Source of the DNA: Alphaproteobacteria bacterium
GTDB lineage: Bacteria; Pseudomonadota; Alphaproteobacteria; CALKHQ01
NCBI GenBank assembly: GCA_965227515.1
Contig: CBDDFZ010000001.1
Location: forward strand, 384,001-448,000
DNA length: 64,000 nucleotides
Direction of reading: 5' to 3'
Shown: positions 1 through 9,708 of the stretch, piece after piece
Layout of the letters: each line of letters begins with the position of its first letter
How positions within the stretch are numbered: the stretch's first letter is position 1
Position numbers and translations under genes: made by a program
Notes under the pieces: generated by a model
What the model was told of the DNA's origin: nothing
Databases searched by the model: none
What the model saw: only the letters and a program-made list of their open reading frames with translations

Positions 1-1
1 G

Positions 2-739
2 GACGGCATCATCGAGCTGGCCGACGCGGTGATGGTGGCACGCGGCGACCTGGGCGTGGAGATGCCGCCCGAGGACGTGCCGGGCCTGCAGAAGCGCATC
101 GTGCGGCGCTGCCGCATCGCCGGCAAGCCGGTGATCGTCGCCACCCAGATGCTCGATTCGATGGTCGGGTCGCCGTCGCCGACTCGCGCCGAGGCGTCGG
201 ATGTCGCCACCGCCGTGTTCGACGGCACCGACGCCGTCATGCTGTCGGCCGAGACCGCCGCCGGCAAGCACCCGCTGGAAGCGGTGCTGATGATGAACCG
301 GATCATCCGCCGCACCGAGCGCGACGAGCTCTACCGGGTGATCATGCAGGCCGCCCATCCGGACCCGGAACGGACCACCGCCGACGCCATCACCGCCGCC
401 GCCGCCCAGATCGTCAACACGATCAAGGCGTCGTGCATCGTGACCTACACGTCGTCGGGCTCCACCACCCTGCGCGCCGCGCGCGAGCGCCCGGCAGTGC
501 CGATCCTGGGGCTGACCGCGAATCTGGGCACGGCGCGCCGGCTGGCACTCGCCTGGGGCGTGCACTGCGTGCACACCGAGGATGTCGAGTCGTTCTCGGA
601 CATGGTGGAGAAGGCAACCCAGATCGCGCGCCGCGACGAGTTCGCGGACCGGGGCGACCGGATGGTGATCACTGCCGGCGTGCCGTTCGGCACCCCTGGC
701 GCGACCAACGTGCTCAGGGTCGCCTGGATAGAGGACTGA
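2..739 (+). CDS. pyk: Pyruvate kinase, C-terminal part (5' end outside window)
   Basis: [40 protein letters not shown] motifs; C-terminal PK alpha/beta domain. Confidence 0.96.
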   Translation, partial: DGIIELADAVMVARGDLGVEMPPEDVPGLQKRIVRRCRIAGKPVIVATQMLDSMVGSPSPTRAEASDVATAVFDGTDAVMLSAETAAGKHPLEAVLMMNRIIRRTERDELYRVIMQAAHPDPERTTADAITAAAAQIVNTIKASCIVTYTSSGSTTLRAARERPAVPILGLTANLGTARRLALAWGVHCVHTEDVESFSDMVEKATQIARRDEFADRGDRMVITAGVPFGTPGATNVLRVAWIED

Positions 740-915
740 AGAAATCCAGGTGTCGCCCTCGCCCTTGTGGCGAGGGCCCATGGATGTGCAGGGCTGGAGA
801 CAAAACTGAAGCGCTCGATCAACCGGGCGCATAGCGCGTCAGTCGACCGCCACCAACCCCTCACTCCGCCTCCAACCTATTGGAATACTGGGCGTAAATG
901 GATCTTCGGGACAAG

Positions 916-2195
916 TGTTCGGCCAGGGGAGATAGCTTACAGGCGTTCGGGGACATGGTTGACACTCTTATTGGTGTGGTTGGCTTCCGATTTTGGAGTC
1001 GGCCATGCCTTGGCAAGAGGTGTCGATCGTGGATCAACGGCGTGAGTTTGTGATGCTTGCCTCTCTGGATGGCGCGAACGTGAGCGCGTTGTGCGCGCGG
1101 TTCGGGATCAGCCGCCAGACCGGGCACAAATGGCTGCGTCGGGCGGGCTGTGCGGGGGAAGGGTTGGCGGATCGCTCGCGTCGGCCGCGCCACAGCCCGC
1201 GCCGCACGGAGGCGCGGATCGAGGCGGCCGTGCTGGCGGTGCGCGATGCGCATCCGGCCTGGGGCGCGCGCAAGATCGCCCGTTGCCTCGAACGCGACGG
1301 GATCGCCCCGCCTTCGGCATCGACCGTTCATGCGATCTTACAGCGCCACGAGCGGGTGCCGCCGCGACGCCAGACAAGCCACGCCTACACGCGCTTCGAG
1401 CGGCCGGCGCCGAACCAGTTGTGGCAGATGGACTTCAAGGGACGGGTGCAGGTCGACCGCGGCCTGTGGTGCCACCCGCTCACGGTGCTGGACGATCACT
1501 CGCGCTTCTCGTTGTGCCTGCACGCATGCGACAACGAGCGCACGGCCACGGTCAAGCAGCTGCTGGCGCGCACGTTCCGGCTCTACGGTCTGCCCGATGC
1601 GTTCTACCTCGACAACGGCTCGCCCTGGGGCGGCGGGGTGCCGGGGCAGTGGACCCCACTCAGGGTGTGGCTCTTGAAGCTCGGCGTCGAGGTCATCCAC
1701 GCCCGCCCATATCACCCGCAAGGACGCGGCAAGAACGAGCGCTTCCACCGCACCCTGGACGCCGAGGTGTTCGCGCTGCGACGCTTGCGCGATCTCGCCC
1801 AGGTGCAACAGGCCTTCGATGAATGGCGCCCGGTCTACAACTCCGAGCGGCCGCACCAGGCCTTGGACATGAACGTGCCGGCCAGTCGCTACCGGCCCTC
1901 GACACGACCCATGCCCGACACCCTGCCCGAGCCCGAATACGGACCCGACGACATCGTCCGCAAGGTCGGGGCAACCAAGTTCTACGTCAGCTTCAAGGGA
2001 AGGCTATGGCCCGTGCCACGCGCCTTCGCCGGCGAGCGTCTCGCCATCAGGCCGCGCGGCAACGACGGACGCTACAGCGTCTTCTTCGGCGCAACCCAGA
2101 TCGCTGACATCGACCTTACAATATGAGAAAAATCCAACCATCAATGTGTCAGCTATGTCTCCGAACAACTGTCAACCATGTCCCCGGGCCATACA
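916..2195 (+). mobile_element. IS481-family insertion sequence, copy 1 (1280 bp)
   Basis: TGT...ACA ends, imperfect terminal IRs with repeated GGGGACATGGTTGACA-like boxes, 5-bp direct repeat ACAAG (911-915, 2196-2200). Confidence 0.93.
1005..2126 (+). CDS. IS481-family DDE transposase
   Basis: MPWQEVS start, HTH, PNQLWQMDFKG, LDDHSRF, DNG, GKNERFHRTL integrase-core motifs. Confidence 0.93.
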   Translation: MPWQEVSIVDQRREFVMLASLDGANVSALCARFGISRQTGHKWLRRAGCAGEGLADRSRRPRHSPRRTEARIEAAVLAVRDAHPAWGARKIARCLERDGIAPPSASTVHAILQRHERVPPRRQTSHAYTRFERPAPNQLWQMDFKGRVQVDRGLWCHPLTVLDDHSRFSLCLHACDNERTATVKQLLARTFRLYGLPDAFYLDNGSPWGGGVPGQWTPLRVWLLKLGVEVIHARPYHPQGRGKNERFHRTLDAEVFALRRLRDLAQVQQAFDEWRPVYNSERPHQALDMNVPASRYRPSTRPMPDTLPEPEYGPDDIVRKVGATKFYVSFKGRLWPVPRAFAGERLAIRPRGNDGRYSVFFGATQIADIDLTI

Positions 2196-2281
2196 ACAAG
2201 CCCGAGGATGACGGTAATGGGTTGGTGAGACGTGTGAGTCCATAGGCCACACGGGCGAGGACGACGAGGAAGCTTCCGCCG

Positions 2282-2315
2282 AAATAGAAACGCCCCCAAC
2301 GCAAGCGTGGGGGCG
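2282..2315 (-). terminator. Probable intrinsic terminator of the small minus-strand gene
   Basis: CGCCCCCA...TGGGGGCG stem followed by TTTCTATTT on the minus strand. Confidence 0.55.
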
Positions 2316-2362
2316 CCAACCGAATCGGGAGGGTCGTACAGACCCTCCAGCCAGCGAGTTCG

Positions 2363-2647
2363 TCAGTCGGAGAAACCGACGGTCGAGCCGTCGATGTCGT
2401 CGTCAACCGGCTCCAGCATCTTGGCGGTCGACTGGTCCTTCGGCAGCTCGCCGCGCGACGTCACATAGGTGATATCGGTGGCGGTCATCGGGTCGTTGCC
2501 CATCGGCGCCATGCACTCAACGCACGGTCCGTCGCCGGGGGAGGCCAGGTCGGCCGGACGGGCGCCATCTTCGTCGGCAAACGCCGAGACCGAGGTGGCG
2601 ACGCCGACGACGACTGTCGCCAGGATGGAAGTTGCAAGTGTGCGCAT
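2363..2647 (-). CDS. Small secreted acidic hypothetical protein with CxxC
   Basis: Signal peptide MRTLATSILATVVVGVATSVSAFA; GGAG RBS-like sequence upstream; downstream terminator. Confidence 0.6.
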   Translation of the reverse strand: MRTLATSILATVVVGVATSVSAFADEDGARPADLASPGDGPCVECMAPMGNDPMTATDITYVTSRGELPKDQSTAKMLEPVDDDIDGSTVGFSD

Positions 2648-2807
2648 GTCCGCTCGCTCCTGATTGCTGAGGGCATTCAGCCTGAAGAATTGCTGGGACG
2701 CAATATGCGACGCGAAATCTGGCGAAAATTGGGGGGCGCTTTGTCGGTGCGGAGATTTTTTGTTTCCGCGCCGTTAACGCCGTTAGTTCGGCGGCAGTGG
2801 CGGCGGG

Positions 2808-4865
2808 TCAGATCGGCCTGGTCGCCTGCTCCAGCCACTGCTGCACCTCGTCGTCGACCAGCGGCGCCACCACTTGGCGCACCCGCGCGTGATAGGTGTT
2901 CAGCCAGTCGCGCTCCGCCGGGCTCAGCATATCGGCCACCACGCAAGTGAGGTCGATGGGCGCCAATGTCAAGGTCTCGAAGGCCAGCATCGGCCGCTCG
3001 GCAGCGTCGTCGCCATTCTCCACCACCGCCACCAGGTTCTCGATTCGGATGCCGTAGGCGCCCTCCTTGTAGTAGCCGGGCTCGTTGGAGATGATCATGC
3101 CCGGCTGCAGGGCGACCGCGTTCGGCATCTTCGAAATTCGCTGCGGGCCCTCGTGGACGCTCAGATAGCTGCCGACGCCGTGGCCGGTGCCATGGTCGTA
3201 GTCCAGCCCGGCCCGCCACAGCGGCATCCGCGCCAGGGTGTCGAGCTGGGAGCCGGTGGTGCCGACGGGAAACCGCGCCATGGCCAGGGCTATGTGGCCC
3301 TGCAGCACCCGGGTGAAGCGATCGCGCATCTCATCGCTCGGCGTGCCGATGGCCATGGTGCGGGTGATGTCGGTGGTGCCGTCCAGATACTGCGCGCCGC
3401 TGTCGACCAGCAGCAGCGAGCCCTGGTCAAGCGGGCGGTTGGTCGCCGGGGTCGAGCGGTAGTGGATCACGGCCCCGTTCGGCCCGGAGCCGGCGATGGT
3501 GTCGAAGCTGGGCTGCTGGATATAGGCCCCTTCGGCGCGGAAGGCCGCCAGGCGGTCGACCGCGCCAAGCTCGTCGATGCCGCCCTGGGCGCCCTCGCTG
3601 GCGATCCAGTGCAGGAAGCGGGTAACGGCCGCGCCGTCGCGGCGGTGGCTGGCGCGCATGCCGTCCAGCTCGACCTTGTTCTTGCAGGCTTTCGGCAGCA
3701 GGCACGGGTCCGCCGCGGCCACGATGCGGCCACCCTTCGCCTTCAGCCGCTCGAATACCCAGCCGGCGGCGGTCTGCGGATCGGCGCGGACCACCGCACC
3801 GGCCTCGGCCAGATCGTCCAGCGCCGGGGCCAACGCCGCGCGCGGTTGCAGCGCCACCGCATTGCCCAGGTGCGCGACCAGGTCCGGGCTCGCCTTGCGC
3901 TCGTCGGTGTAGAGCGCGATCGAGCCGTCGTCGCGCAGGATCGCGAACGACAACGGCAGCGGCGTGTTCGGCACGTCGGCACCGCGCACGTTCAACAGCC
4001 AGGCGATGGATGCCGGGTCGGTCAGCACCACGGCCTGCTGGCCGGCGGCGGCAAGCTGCTCTGCGATCTCCGTGCGCTTCTCCGCGCTCGAGCGGCCGGC
4101 GAACTGCAACGGGTGCGGCACGATCGGGCTGACCGGGGTCGCCGGCTGGTCGTCCCACACCGCATCCAGCGGGTTGTCGTCGACCAGCACCAACTCGGCG
4201 CCGGCCGCCTGGCAGGCCTTCTGCCAGCGCCCGATGGTCGCGCCGGTATGCAGCCAGGGGTCGAGGCCCAGGCGGTCGCCCGGCTTGAGCGCGCCGCGCA
4301 CCCAGTCCCACGGCGGTGTCTCGATCAGGTGTTGCGGGTCGTAGGCGCCCATGTCGACCTGCTTGCGAACCTGCAAGGTGTAGCGGCCGTCGACGAAGAT
4401 GCCGGCGCGGTCCGCCAGCACGACCGCGACGCCGGCCGAGCCCGAGAAGCCGGTCAGCCAGAGCAGGCGCTCCGCGTTCGCCGGCACGTACTCGCCCTGA
4501 TGCTCGTCGCTGCGCGGCACCACGAAGCCGGTCAGCCCGCGCCGGCCGAGTTCGGCGCGCAACGCCGCCAGCCGCGCCGCGTGGGCCGCCTGGTCGCCGC
4601 CAATGGCGTGCTCCACGGTGCCCGCGATCTGCGCCCGCATGCGCTCCAGTTCCGCCGAAAGCTCCGGCTGACGGTCGACATCCAGTCCGGCGTCGACCAG
4701 CCGCAGCCAGTCGTCGGTCGGCGGCGGCGGCGCGGCGGCGATGCCCTGCAACAGGTCCACCACCTCGTCCAACGGCCGCTGGATGCCGGCCTCCTTCAGC
4801 AGGCGGTCGAGCTGGGCGCGGTCGGGCGTCGACAATTGGCCGTCAGGCATCGCGGGCGTGTCCAT
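2808..4865 (-). CDS. Xaa-Pro aminopeptidase (aminopeptidase P, M24B) with N-terminal extension
   Basis: DEHQGEY, GFSGSAG, DGRY, DSGAQYLDGTTDITRT, HGTGHGVGSYLSVHEGP, EPGYY, GIRIEN; start codon uncertain. Confidence 0.93.
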   Translation of the reverse strand: MDTPAMPDGQLSTPDRAQLDRLLKEAGIQRPLDEVVDLLQGIAAAPPPPTDDWLRLVDAGLDVDRQPELSAELERMRAQIAGTVEHAIGGDQAAHAARLAALRAELGRRGLTGFVVPRSDEHQGEYVPANAERLLWLTGFSGSAGVAVVLADRAGIFVDGRYTLQVRKQVDMGAYDPQHLIETPPWDWVRGALKPGDRLGLDPWLHTGATIGRWQKACQAAGAELVLVDDNPLDAVWDDQPATPVSPIVPHPLQFAGRSSAEKRTEIAEQLAAAGQQAVVLTDPASIAWLLNVRGADVPNTPLPLSFAILRDDGSIALYTDERKASPDLVAHLGNAVALQPRAALAPALDDLAEAGAVVRADPQTAAGWVFERLKAKGGRIVAAADPCLLPKACKNKVELDGMRASHRRDGAAVTRFLHWIASEGAQGGIDELGAVDRLAAFRAEGAYIQQPSFDTIAGSGPNGAVIHYRSTPATNRPLDQGSLLLVDSGAQYLDGTTDITRTMAIGTPSDEMRDRFTRVLQGHIALAMARFPVGTTGSQLDTLARMPLWRAGLDYDHGTGHGVGSYLSVHEGPQRISKMPNAVALQPGMIISNEPGYYKEGAYGIRIENLVAVVENGDDAAERPMLAFETLTLAPIDLTCVVADMLSPAERDWLNTYHARVRQVVAPLVDDEVQQWLEQATRPI

Positions 4866-5778
4866 ATCCGTTGGGGGGGCGCATCGTACCATGCGGGCGG
4901 TGCATCACCAGAGTCACCCAGTCGTCGATGGTTTGGCGCCCCAGGGGATGTGGCATCGGCAGCAGGCCGTGACGGCGATAGGCCAACTGCACGCGCCGCG
5001 CCTGCCACGTCAGGAAGCCGGACAGGACCAGCGTGCCGCCCGGCGCCACGGCGGCGGAGATATCGCGCGCCATCTCGCGCAGGGGGCGGGCCAGAATGTT
5101 GGCGACGATCAGGTCCCATTGCCTGTCGCGGCCGAGCGGCCGCCGGGCCACCGAATGCCCGACGCGCAGCCGCAGCCACGGCGCCATGCCGTTGACCTGG
5201 GCGTTCTCGGCGGCCACCGCGACCGAGACCGGGTCGATATCGACGCCCCACACCGGCTGGCGCCACAGATGCACCATCGCCATCGCCAGCACCGCGGTGC
5301 CAGTGCCGAGGTCGAGCTGGCGAAGCGGACGCCGGCGTTTAGCCAGCCGCTCCAGCGCCAGCAGGCAGCCAAGCGTGGTCGGGTGCTCGCCGGTGCCGAA
5401 GGCGGCCCCCGCCTCCAGCCGGATCGCGCGGTCGCTGGCGCGCCTGAGCCCCCGGTCATGGGCCGGGTGGATGACGAAGCGGCCGATCCGGCGCGGCTTG
5501 AACGACTTCAGGTTCTCCGCCACCCAGTCGACATCGGGCAGGGTTTCGACATCGAGCGCGGGCGGGTCGTCGCCGGTGGAGGCCGCGGCCAGGGCCGTCA
5601 ACGCATGAACGTCGGCCACTGCCTCGGCCGGGATCGCGATGACCTCGACCCGCCACGGCCCGCCCGGCGACATCTCGAACGCGCTGACCGCGCCGCCCAG
5701 GTCTTCCAGGGCCTCCGACAACGCCGGCACCATCTCGGCCGGCGCGGTCATGCCGACGGCAACGCGGCGGTCTGGCAT
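4843..5778 (-). CDS. prmA: Ribosomal protein L11 methyltransferase
   Basis: AFGTGEHPTT, LDLGTGTAVLA, DIDP, DLIVANILA, LSG motifs; 3' part of the 4843-6615 ORF. Confidence 0.88.
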   Translation of the reverse strand: MPDRRVAVGMTAPAEMVPALSEALEDLGGAVSAFEMSPGGPWRVEVIAIPAEAVADVHALTALAAASTGDDPPALDVETLPDVDWVAENLKSFKPRRIGRFVIHPAHDRGLRRASDRAIRLEAGAAFGTGEHPTTLGCLLALERLAKRRRPLRQLDLGTGTAVLAMAMVHLWRQPVWGVDIDPVSVAVAAENAQVNGMAPWLRLRVGHSVARRPLGRDRQWDLIVANILARPLREMARDISAAVAPGGTLVLSGFLTWQARRVQLAYRRHGLLPMPHPLGRQTIDDWVTLVMHRPHGTMRPPNGYGHARDA

Positions 5779-5798
5779 CTCTGTGGTGTCCGGTGCGG

Positions 5799-8117
5799 TC
5801 AGGCGTGCGCGGCGGGGATGACGAAGCGGGCCAGCACCCGCTTGTCGCCGGCCTTCTCGAAGCTGACCGCCAGCTTGTCGCCCTCCACGGCGGTCACCAG
5901 GCCATAGCCGAACTTCTGGTGGAACACGCGCGCGCCCTCGGCAAAACCGGTGTCCGGCTCGGCGTCTTCGATCACTGTCGCCACGCCCTCGATCTCCGCC
6001 GGCGCAGCGCGCCGCGCCATGCCCGGGCGCTGGCGCATGTGGTCGTAACGCTGACCGGGCGCAGAGGTACGGCCACCGCGCCGCCAGATCGGGCCCCAGT
6101 CGGTCGTCCGCACCCCACCGGCGTCGAACGCCGCGTTGGCCTCGCCGAAACCGGGCACAGCGCCGACCGTCAGGCCGTCGGTGCCGATCTGGCGGGTGTG
6201 GTCGTCCGGCAGCTCGTCGATGAAGCGCGACGGCATCGCGCTCTGCCACAGATTGTTGATCCGCCTGCTGCCGGCATAGGACACGTACGCACGTACACGC
6301 GCACGGGTGAGGCCGACGTACGCCAGCCGGCGCTCTTCCTCCAGCGACTTCAGCCCGCCCTCGTCCAGCGCGCGCTGGTGCGGGAACAATCCTTCCTCCC
6401 AGCCCGGCAGGAACACCGTGTCGAACTCCAGCCCCTTGGCCGAGTGCAAGGTCATCAGGCTGACCATGTCGCCGCCGCTGGCCTCGCCCTGCTCCGCGAC
6501 CAGGCTGACATGCTCCAGGAAGCCCGCCAGCGTGTCGAACTCCTGCATCGCGACGATCAGTTCCTTCAGGTTGTCGAGCCGGCCCGGCGCGTCGGGCGCC
6601 CGGTCGGCCTGCCACATGGCGGTGTAGCCGGATTCGTCCAGCACCAGGGCAGCCAGTTCGTCATGGGCCATGGTCTCGGCCATGGCGCGCCAGCGGTCGA
6701 AGTCCTGCACCACGCCGGCGAACGCCTTGCGCGCCCGCGACGGCAGCTCGTCGGTCTCGACCAGGGCGCGGATGGTGGCCAGCAACGGCTGTTGCAGCTC
6801 GCGCGCGGTCTGGTGCATCTGCGCCAGGCTGGTCTTGCCGATGCCGCGCTTGGGCGTGTTGATGATGCGCTCCAGGGCCAGGTCGTCGTCGGGCTGGGCA
6901 ATCACCCGCAGGTAGGCGAGCGCATCGCGGATCTCCAGCCGCTCATAGAAGCGCGGCCCGCCGATCACGCGATAGGGCAGGCCCAGCGTCAGGAACCGTT
7001 CCTCGAACTCGCGGGTCTGGAAGCTGGCGCGGACCAGGATCGCGATCTCGTTCAGCGCATGGCCGTCGCGCTGCAGCCGCTCGATTTCCTCGCCGATGGT
7101 GCGCGCCTCGTCCGGCCCGTCCCAGGTGCCGCGCACGGTCACCTGCTCGCCGGTGTCCTGCTCGGTCCACAGGGTCTTGCCAAGCCGCCCCTCGTTGTTG
7201 GCGATCACGCCGGCCGCCGCCCCCAGAATGTGGCCGCCGGAACGGTAGTTCTGCTCCAGCCGGATCACCGTGGCGCCGGGGAAATCCTGCTCGAACTTCA
7301 GGATGTTGCCGACCTCGGCGCCGCGCCAGCCATAGATCGACTGGTCGTCGTCGCCGACGCAGCAGATGTTCTTGTGGCCCTGGGCCAGCATGCGCAGCCA
7401 CAGATACTGGCTGACGTTGGTGTCCTGATATTCGTCGACCAGCAGATAGCGGAACCGCTGCTGGTACTCGGCCGCCACGTCGGGGAAATTCTGGAACAGG
7501 GTCAGATTGTGCAGCAGCAGGTCGCCGAAGTCACAGGCGTTCAGGGTCTTCAACCGCTCCTGATAGGCGGCGTAGAGAGCGGTGATCTTGCCCTCGGCGA
7601 TATCGCCAGCCTCGGCCGCGCCGATCCGGTCCGGGGTCAGGCCGCGATCCTTCCAGCGCTGGATCACGCCGTTGATCAGCCGCGCCGGCCAGCGCTTGTC
7701 GTCGATATTCGCGGCCTGGATCAGTTGCTTCAGCAGCCGATGCTGGTCGTCCATATCCAGGATGGTGAAGGTCGGCGTGAGCCCGATCAGGTCGGCGTGG
7801 CGGCGCAGGATGCGCGCGCCCAGCGCGTGGAAGGTGCCGAGCCACCACCCCTCGACCGAGCGGCCGAGCATCGCGCCGACCCGGTCCTTCATCTCCCGCG
7901 CCGCCTTGTTGGTGAAGGTGACGGCCAGGATCTCACCCGGCCGCGCACTGCCGGTGGCCAGGATGTGGACCAGCCGGGTGGTCAGCACCCGGGTCTTGCC
8001 GGTGCCGGCCCCGGCCAGCACCAGCACCGGGCCGTCGACGGCGGCCACAGCGGAGCGCTGCATCTCGTTCAGGCCGGCGAAATAGGGCGGCTGCGGGGCT
8101 GTGAGTTCGGCTGACAT
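5799..8117 (-). CDS. uvrD: UvrD/PcrA-family ATP-dependent DNA helicase
   Basis: AGAGTGKT, TFTNKAA, VDEYQD, GDDDQSIY, LEQNYRS, TLHSAKGLEF, EERRLAYVGLTRA, C-terminal Tudor-like RVFHQKFGYG. Confidence 0.95.
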   Translation of the reverse strand: MSAELTAPQPPYFAGLNEMQRSAVAAVDGPVLVLAGAGTGKTRVLTTRLVHILATGSARPGEILAVTFTNKAAREMKDRVGAMLGRSVEGWWLGTFHALGARILRRHADLIGLTPTFTILDMDDQHRLLKQLIQAANIDDKRWPARLINGVIQRWKDRGLTPDRIGAAEAGDIAEGKITALYAAYQERLKTLNACDFGDLLLHNLTLFQNFPDVAAEYQQRFRYLLVDEYQDTNVSQYLWLRMLAQGHKNICCVGDDDQSIYGWRGAEVGNILKFEQDFPGATVIRLEQNYRSGGHILGAAAGVIANNEGRLGKTLWTEQDTGEQVTVRGTWDGPDEARTIGEEIERLQRDGHALNEIAILVRASFQTREFEERFLTLGLPYRVIGGPRFYERLEIRDALAYLRVIAQPDDDLALERIINTPKRGIGKTSLAQMHQTARELQQPLLATIRALVETDELPSRARKAFAGVVQDFDRWRAMAETMAHDELAALVLDESGYTAMWQADRAPDAPGRLDNLKELIVAMQEFDTLAGFLEHVSLVAEQGEASGGDMVSLMTLHSAKGLEFDTVFLPGWEEGLFPHQRALDEGGLKSLEEERRLAYVGLTRARVRAYVSYAGSRRINNLWQSAMPSRFIDELPDDHTRQIGTDGLTVGAVPGFGEANAAFDAGGVRTTDWGPIWRRGGRTSAPGQRYDHMRQRPGMARRAAPAEIEGVATVIEDAEPDTGFAEGARVFHQKFGYGLVTAVEGDKLAVSFEKAGDKRVLARFVIPAAHA

Positions 8118-8341
8118 CGGCTCCTCGGGAGTCTTGGAACAAACATGCGACTCCGCATCGGTGAGGGCAACACTACCGTGTTTCACCGCCGCACCACACC
8201 ACCTTGTCAGCCTTGACCGAGGCACAAGTAGATGGGCTAACGGCCCTTGTTTGGTGGCGTGCATGAGTGGTCGTCCCTCAAGATGTCGGTGTCATACACG
8301 GAGTCGGGTTTGCCGCTCCAAGACATCGAGGAGAGACGACC

Positions 8342-9385
8342 ATGAACTACTATGCCGGGATTGACGTTTCTTTGGAATGGTCATCGGTGTGCGTTGTTGA
8401 CGGCGCGGGCGGGATTGTCTGCGAGGCTCGTATTGCGAGCACGCCGGCGGGTTTGTTGTTGTGGTTTGGGTCTTTGGGGATTTCGGTTGAGCGGATTGGT
8501 CTTGAGGCGGGGCCGTTGTCGCAATGGCTTGTGCGGGGATGTAGCGAGGGCGGTCTTTCGGTTGAGTTGCTGGAGACGCGTCATGTTGCGCGAGCGCTTT
8601 CGACGATGCCGGTGAAGTCGGACCGCTCGGACGCACGCGGGATTGCTCAGCTGATGCGTGTGGGCTGGTTTCGTCCGGTTCACTGCAAGTCTTTGGCGGC
8701 CCAGGAGATGCGGGCCCTTTTGAAGGGTCGCGACCAGCTCCGCGCGAAGCTGCACGATCTTGAGATGCACCTTCGTGGTCAGCTGCGGAACTTCGGGCTG
8801 AAGGTAGGGCACACCACCAGGCGCAGCTTTTCGACACGTATTTCGGAGCTTGTGGCGGGGCATCCGGTACTGGAGGCGGTGGCGGGGGCGCTGCTGTCGG
8901 CACGCGATGGCCTGTTGCTATCGTTCACGGCGCTGGACCGGCAGGTCCGGGCGGCGGCGCAGGCCGACGATCGCGCTCGCCTGCTGATGACGGTGCCGGG
9001 CGTGGGGAGCATTGTCGGACTGACCTACTTGTCGGGAGTGGACGACCCCGGGCGGTTTGCCTCGTCGCGCCTGGTGGGTGCGCACTTCGGCCTGACGCCG
9101 ACCAAGCGCCAGTCGGGCGAGAGCGAGGTGATGGGGCGGATATCGAAGGTAGGGGACGCCGATGTGCGCTCGGCCCTCTATGAGGCGGCACACGTGGTTC
9201 TGACCCGGCCGATCGAGGGCGGCTGGCTGAAGAGCTGGGCGATGAAGCTGGCCAGGCGTGCGGGCATGAGGAAGGCGAAGGTCGCGCTGGCGCGCCGGCT
9301 CGCCGTGATCATGCACCGGATGTGGGTTGACGGCACACCGTTCAACCATGCCGGACCGGTGCGCCCGGCGATGGCGACAGCATGA
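8342..9385 (+). CDS. IS110-family DEDD transposase/recombinase
   Basis: YAGIDVS, GLEAG, KSDRSDA RuvC-like residues; C-terminal Transposase_20 region with GLTPTKRQSG; GGAG RBS before ATG 8342. Confidence 0.93.
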   Translation: MNYYAGIDVSLEWSSVCVVDGAGGIVCEARIASTPAGLLLWFGSLGISVERIGLEAGPLSQWLVRGCSEGGLSVELLETRHVARALSTMPVKSDRSDARGIAQLMRVGWFRPVHCKSLAAQEMRALLKGRDQLRAKLHDLEMHLRGQLRNFGLKVGHTTRRSFSTRISELVAGHPVLEAVAGALLSARDGLLLSFTALDRQVRAAAQADDRARLLMTVPGVGSIVGLTYLSGVDDPGRFASSRLVGAHFGLTPTKRQSGESEVMGRISKVGDADVRSALYEAAHVVLTRPIEGGWLKSWAMKLARRAGMRKAKVALARRLAVIMHRMWVDGTPFNHAGPVRPAMATA

Positions 9386-9469
9386 TGGCCGCGGCATAAG
9401 GAGAACCGACACACGAGCTTCGACGGGCACCGACACCGGCCCGTCGAGCGCCGTCCCGCGCCGGGACGA

Positions 9470-9605
9470 TGGATCAGGTCAGGCCGCCATCCGGGATGTC
9501 GCCTCGCATGAGAGCACGCTTCCGTAGATTGGACCGACCGATCCTCGCATATCCATCTTGGCGGCGGCCCTGCGCCGACCCCGTACAGAAGCATGACCCA
9601 GGCGC
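9470..9605 (+). ncRNA. Candidate seekRNA/bridge RNA of the IS110-family element (boundaries approximate)
   Basis: Segments matching target (CATCCGGG 9488-9495, CGTAG 9523-9527) and donor junction (CCATCTT 9553-9559, TACAGAAG 9584-9591), each pair flanking a small hairpin. Confidence 0.65.
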
Positions 9606-9649
9606 CGGGACGACGAAAAAGGGATTGACCAACAATGGCCCGTTACAGA

Positions 9650-9704
9650 AGCCTGGGTGAAACGAAGTGGAACCCGGGTTTCGCTACGCTCCACCCGGGC
9701 TACG
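9650..9704. repeat. GTAG-family REP doublet (first GTAG interrupted by the IS110 element)
   Basis: Empty site reconstructs as GTAGCCTGGGTGAAACGAAGTGGAACCCGGG-TTTCGCTACGCTCCACCCGGGCTAC. Confidence 0.8.
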
Positions 9705-9708
9705 TCAA

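Larger units (their letters stand above)
752..2212. repeat. REP-like palindrome doublet whose second hairpin is split by IS481 copy 1
   Basis: Hairpin GCCCTCGCC-CTTGT-GGCGAGGGC at about 755-777; second hairpin reconstructs as TCTTCGGG-ACAAG-CCCGAGGA-TGAC once the IS is removed. Confidence 0.7.
8230..9651 (+). mobile_element. IS110-family (IS1111-like) element inserted in a GTAG-type REP
   Basis: AG core at both junctions (8230-8231, 9650-9651); subterminal imperfect IRs (8238-8254 / 9629-9645, 13/17 identical); about 265-nt 3' non-coding region. Confidence 0.85.

Noticed and set aside
2874-8114. Long plus-strand ORFs (773 aa each) and similar antisense ORFs throughout the window
   Set aside because: Shadow ORFs opposite well-supported genes in high-GC DNA; no recognisable motifs
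9596-9603. ACCCAGGC as the right target guide of the IS110 RNA (reverse complement of GCCTGGGT in the flank)
   Set aside because: It lies outside the hairpin-bracketing arrangement and matches this one variant site rather than the REP consensus; probably chance, though not excluded
9625-9651. Circle-junction promoter (TTGACC in the right end, -10 across the junction)
   Set aside because: The -35 is good, but the predicted -10 (GAAGAT at 17 bp) is too weak to support from sequence alone
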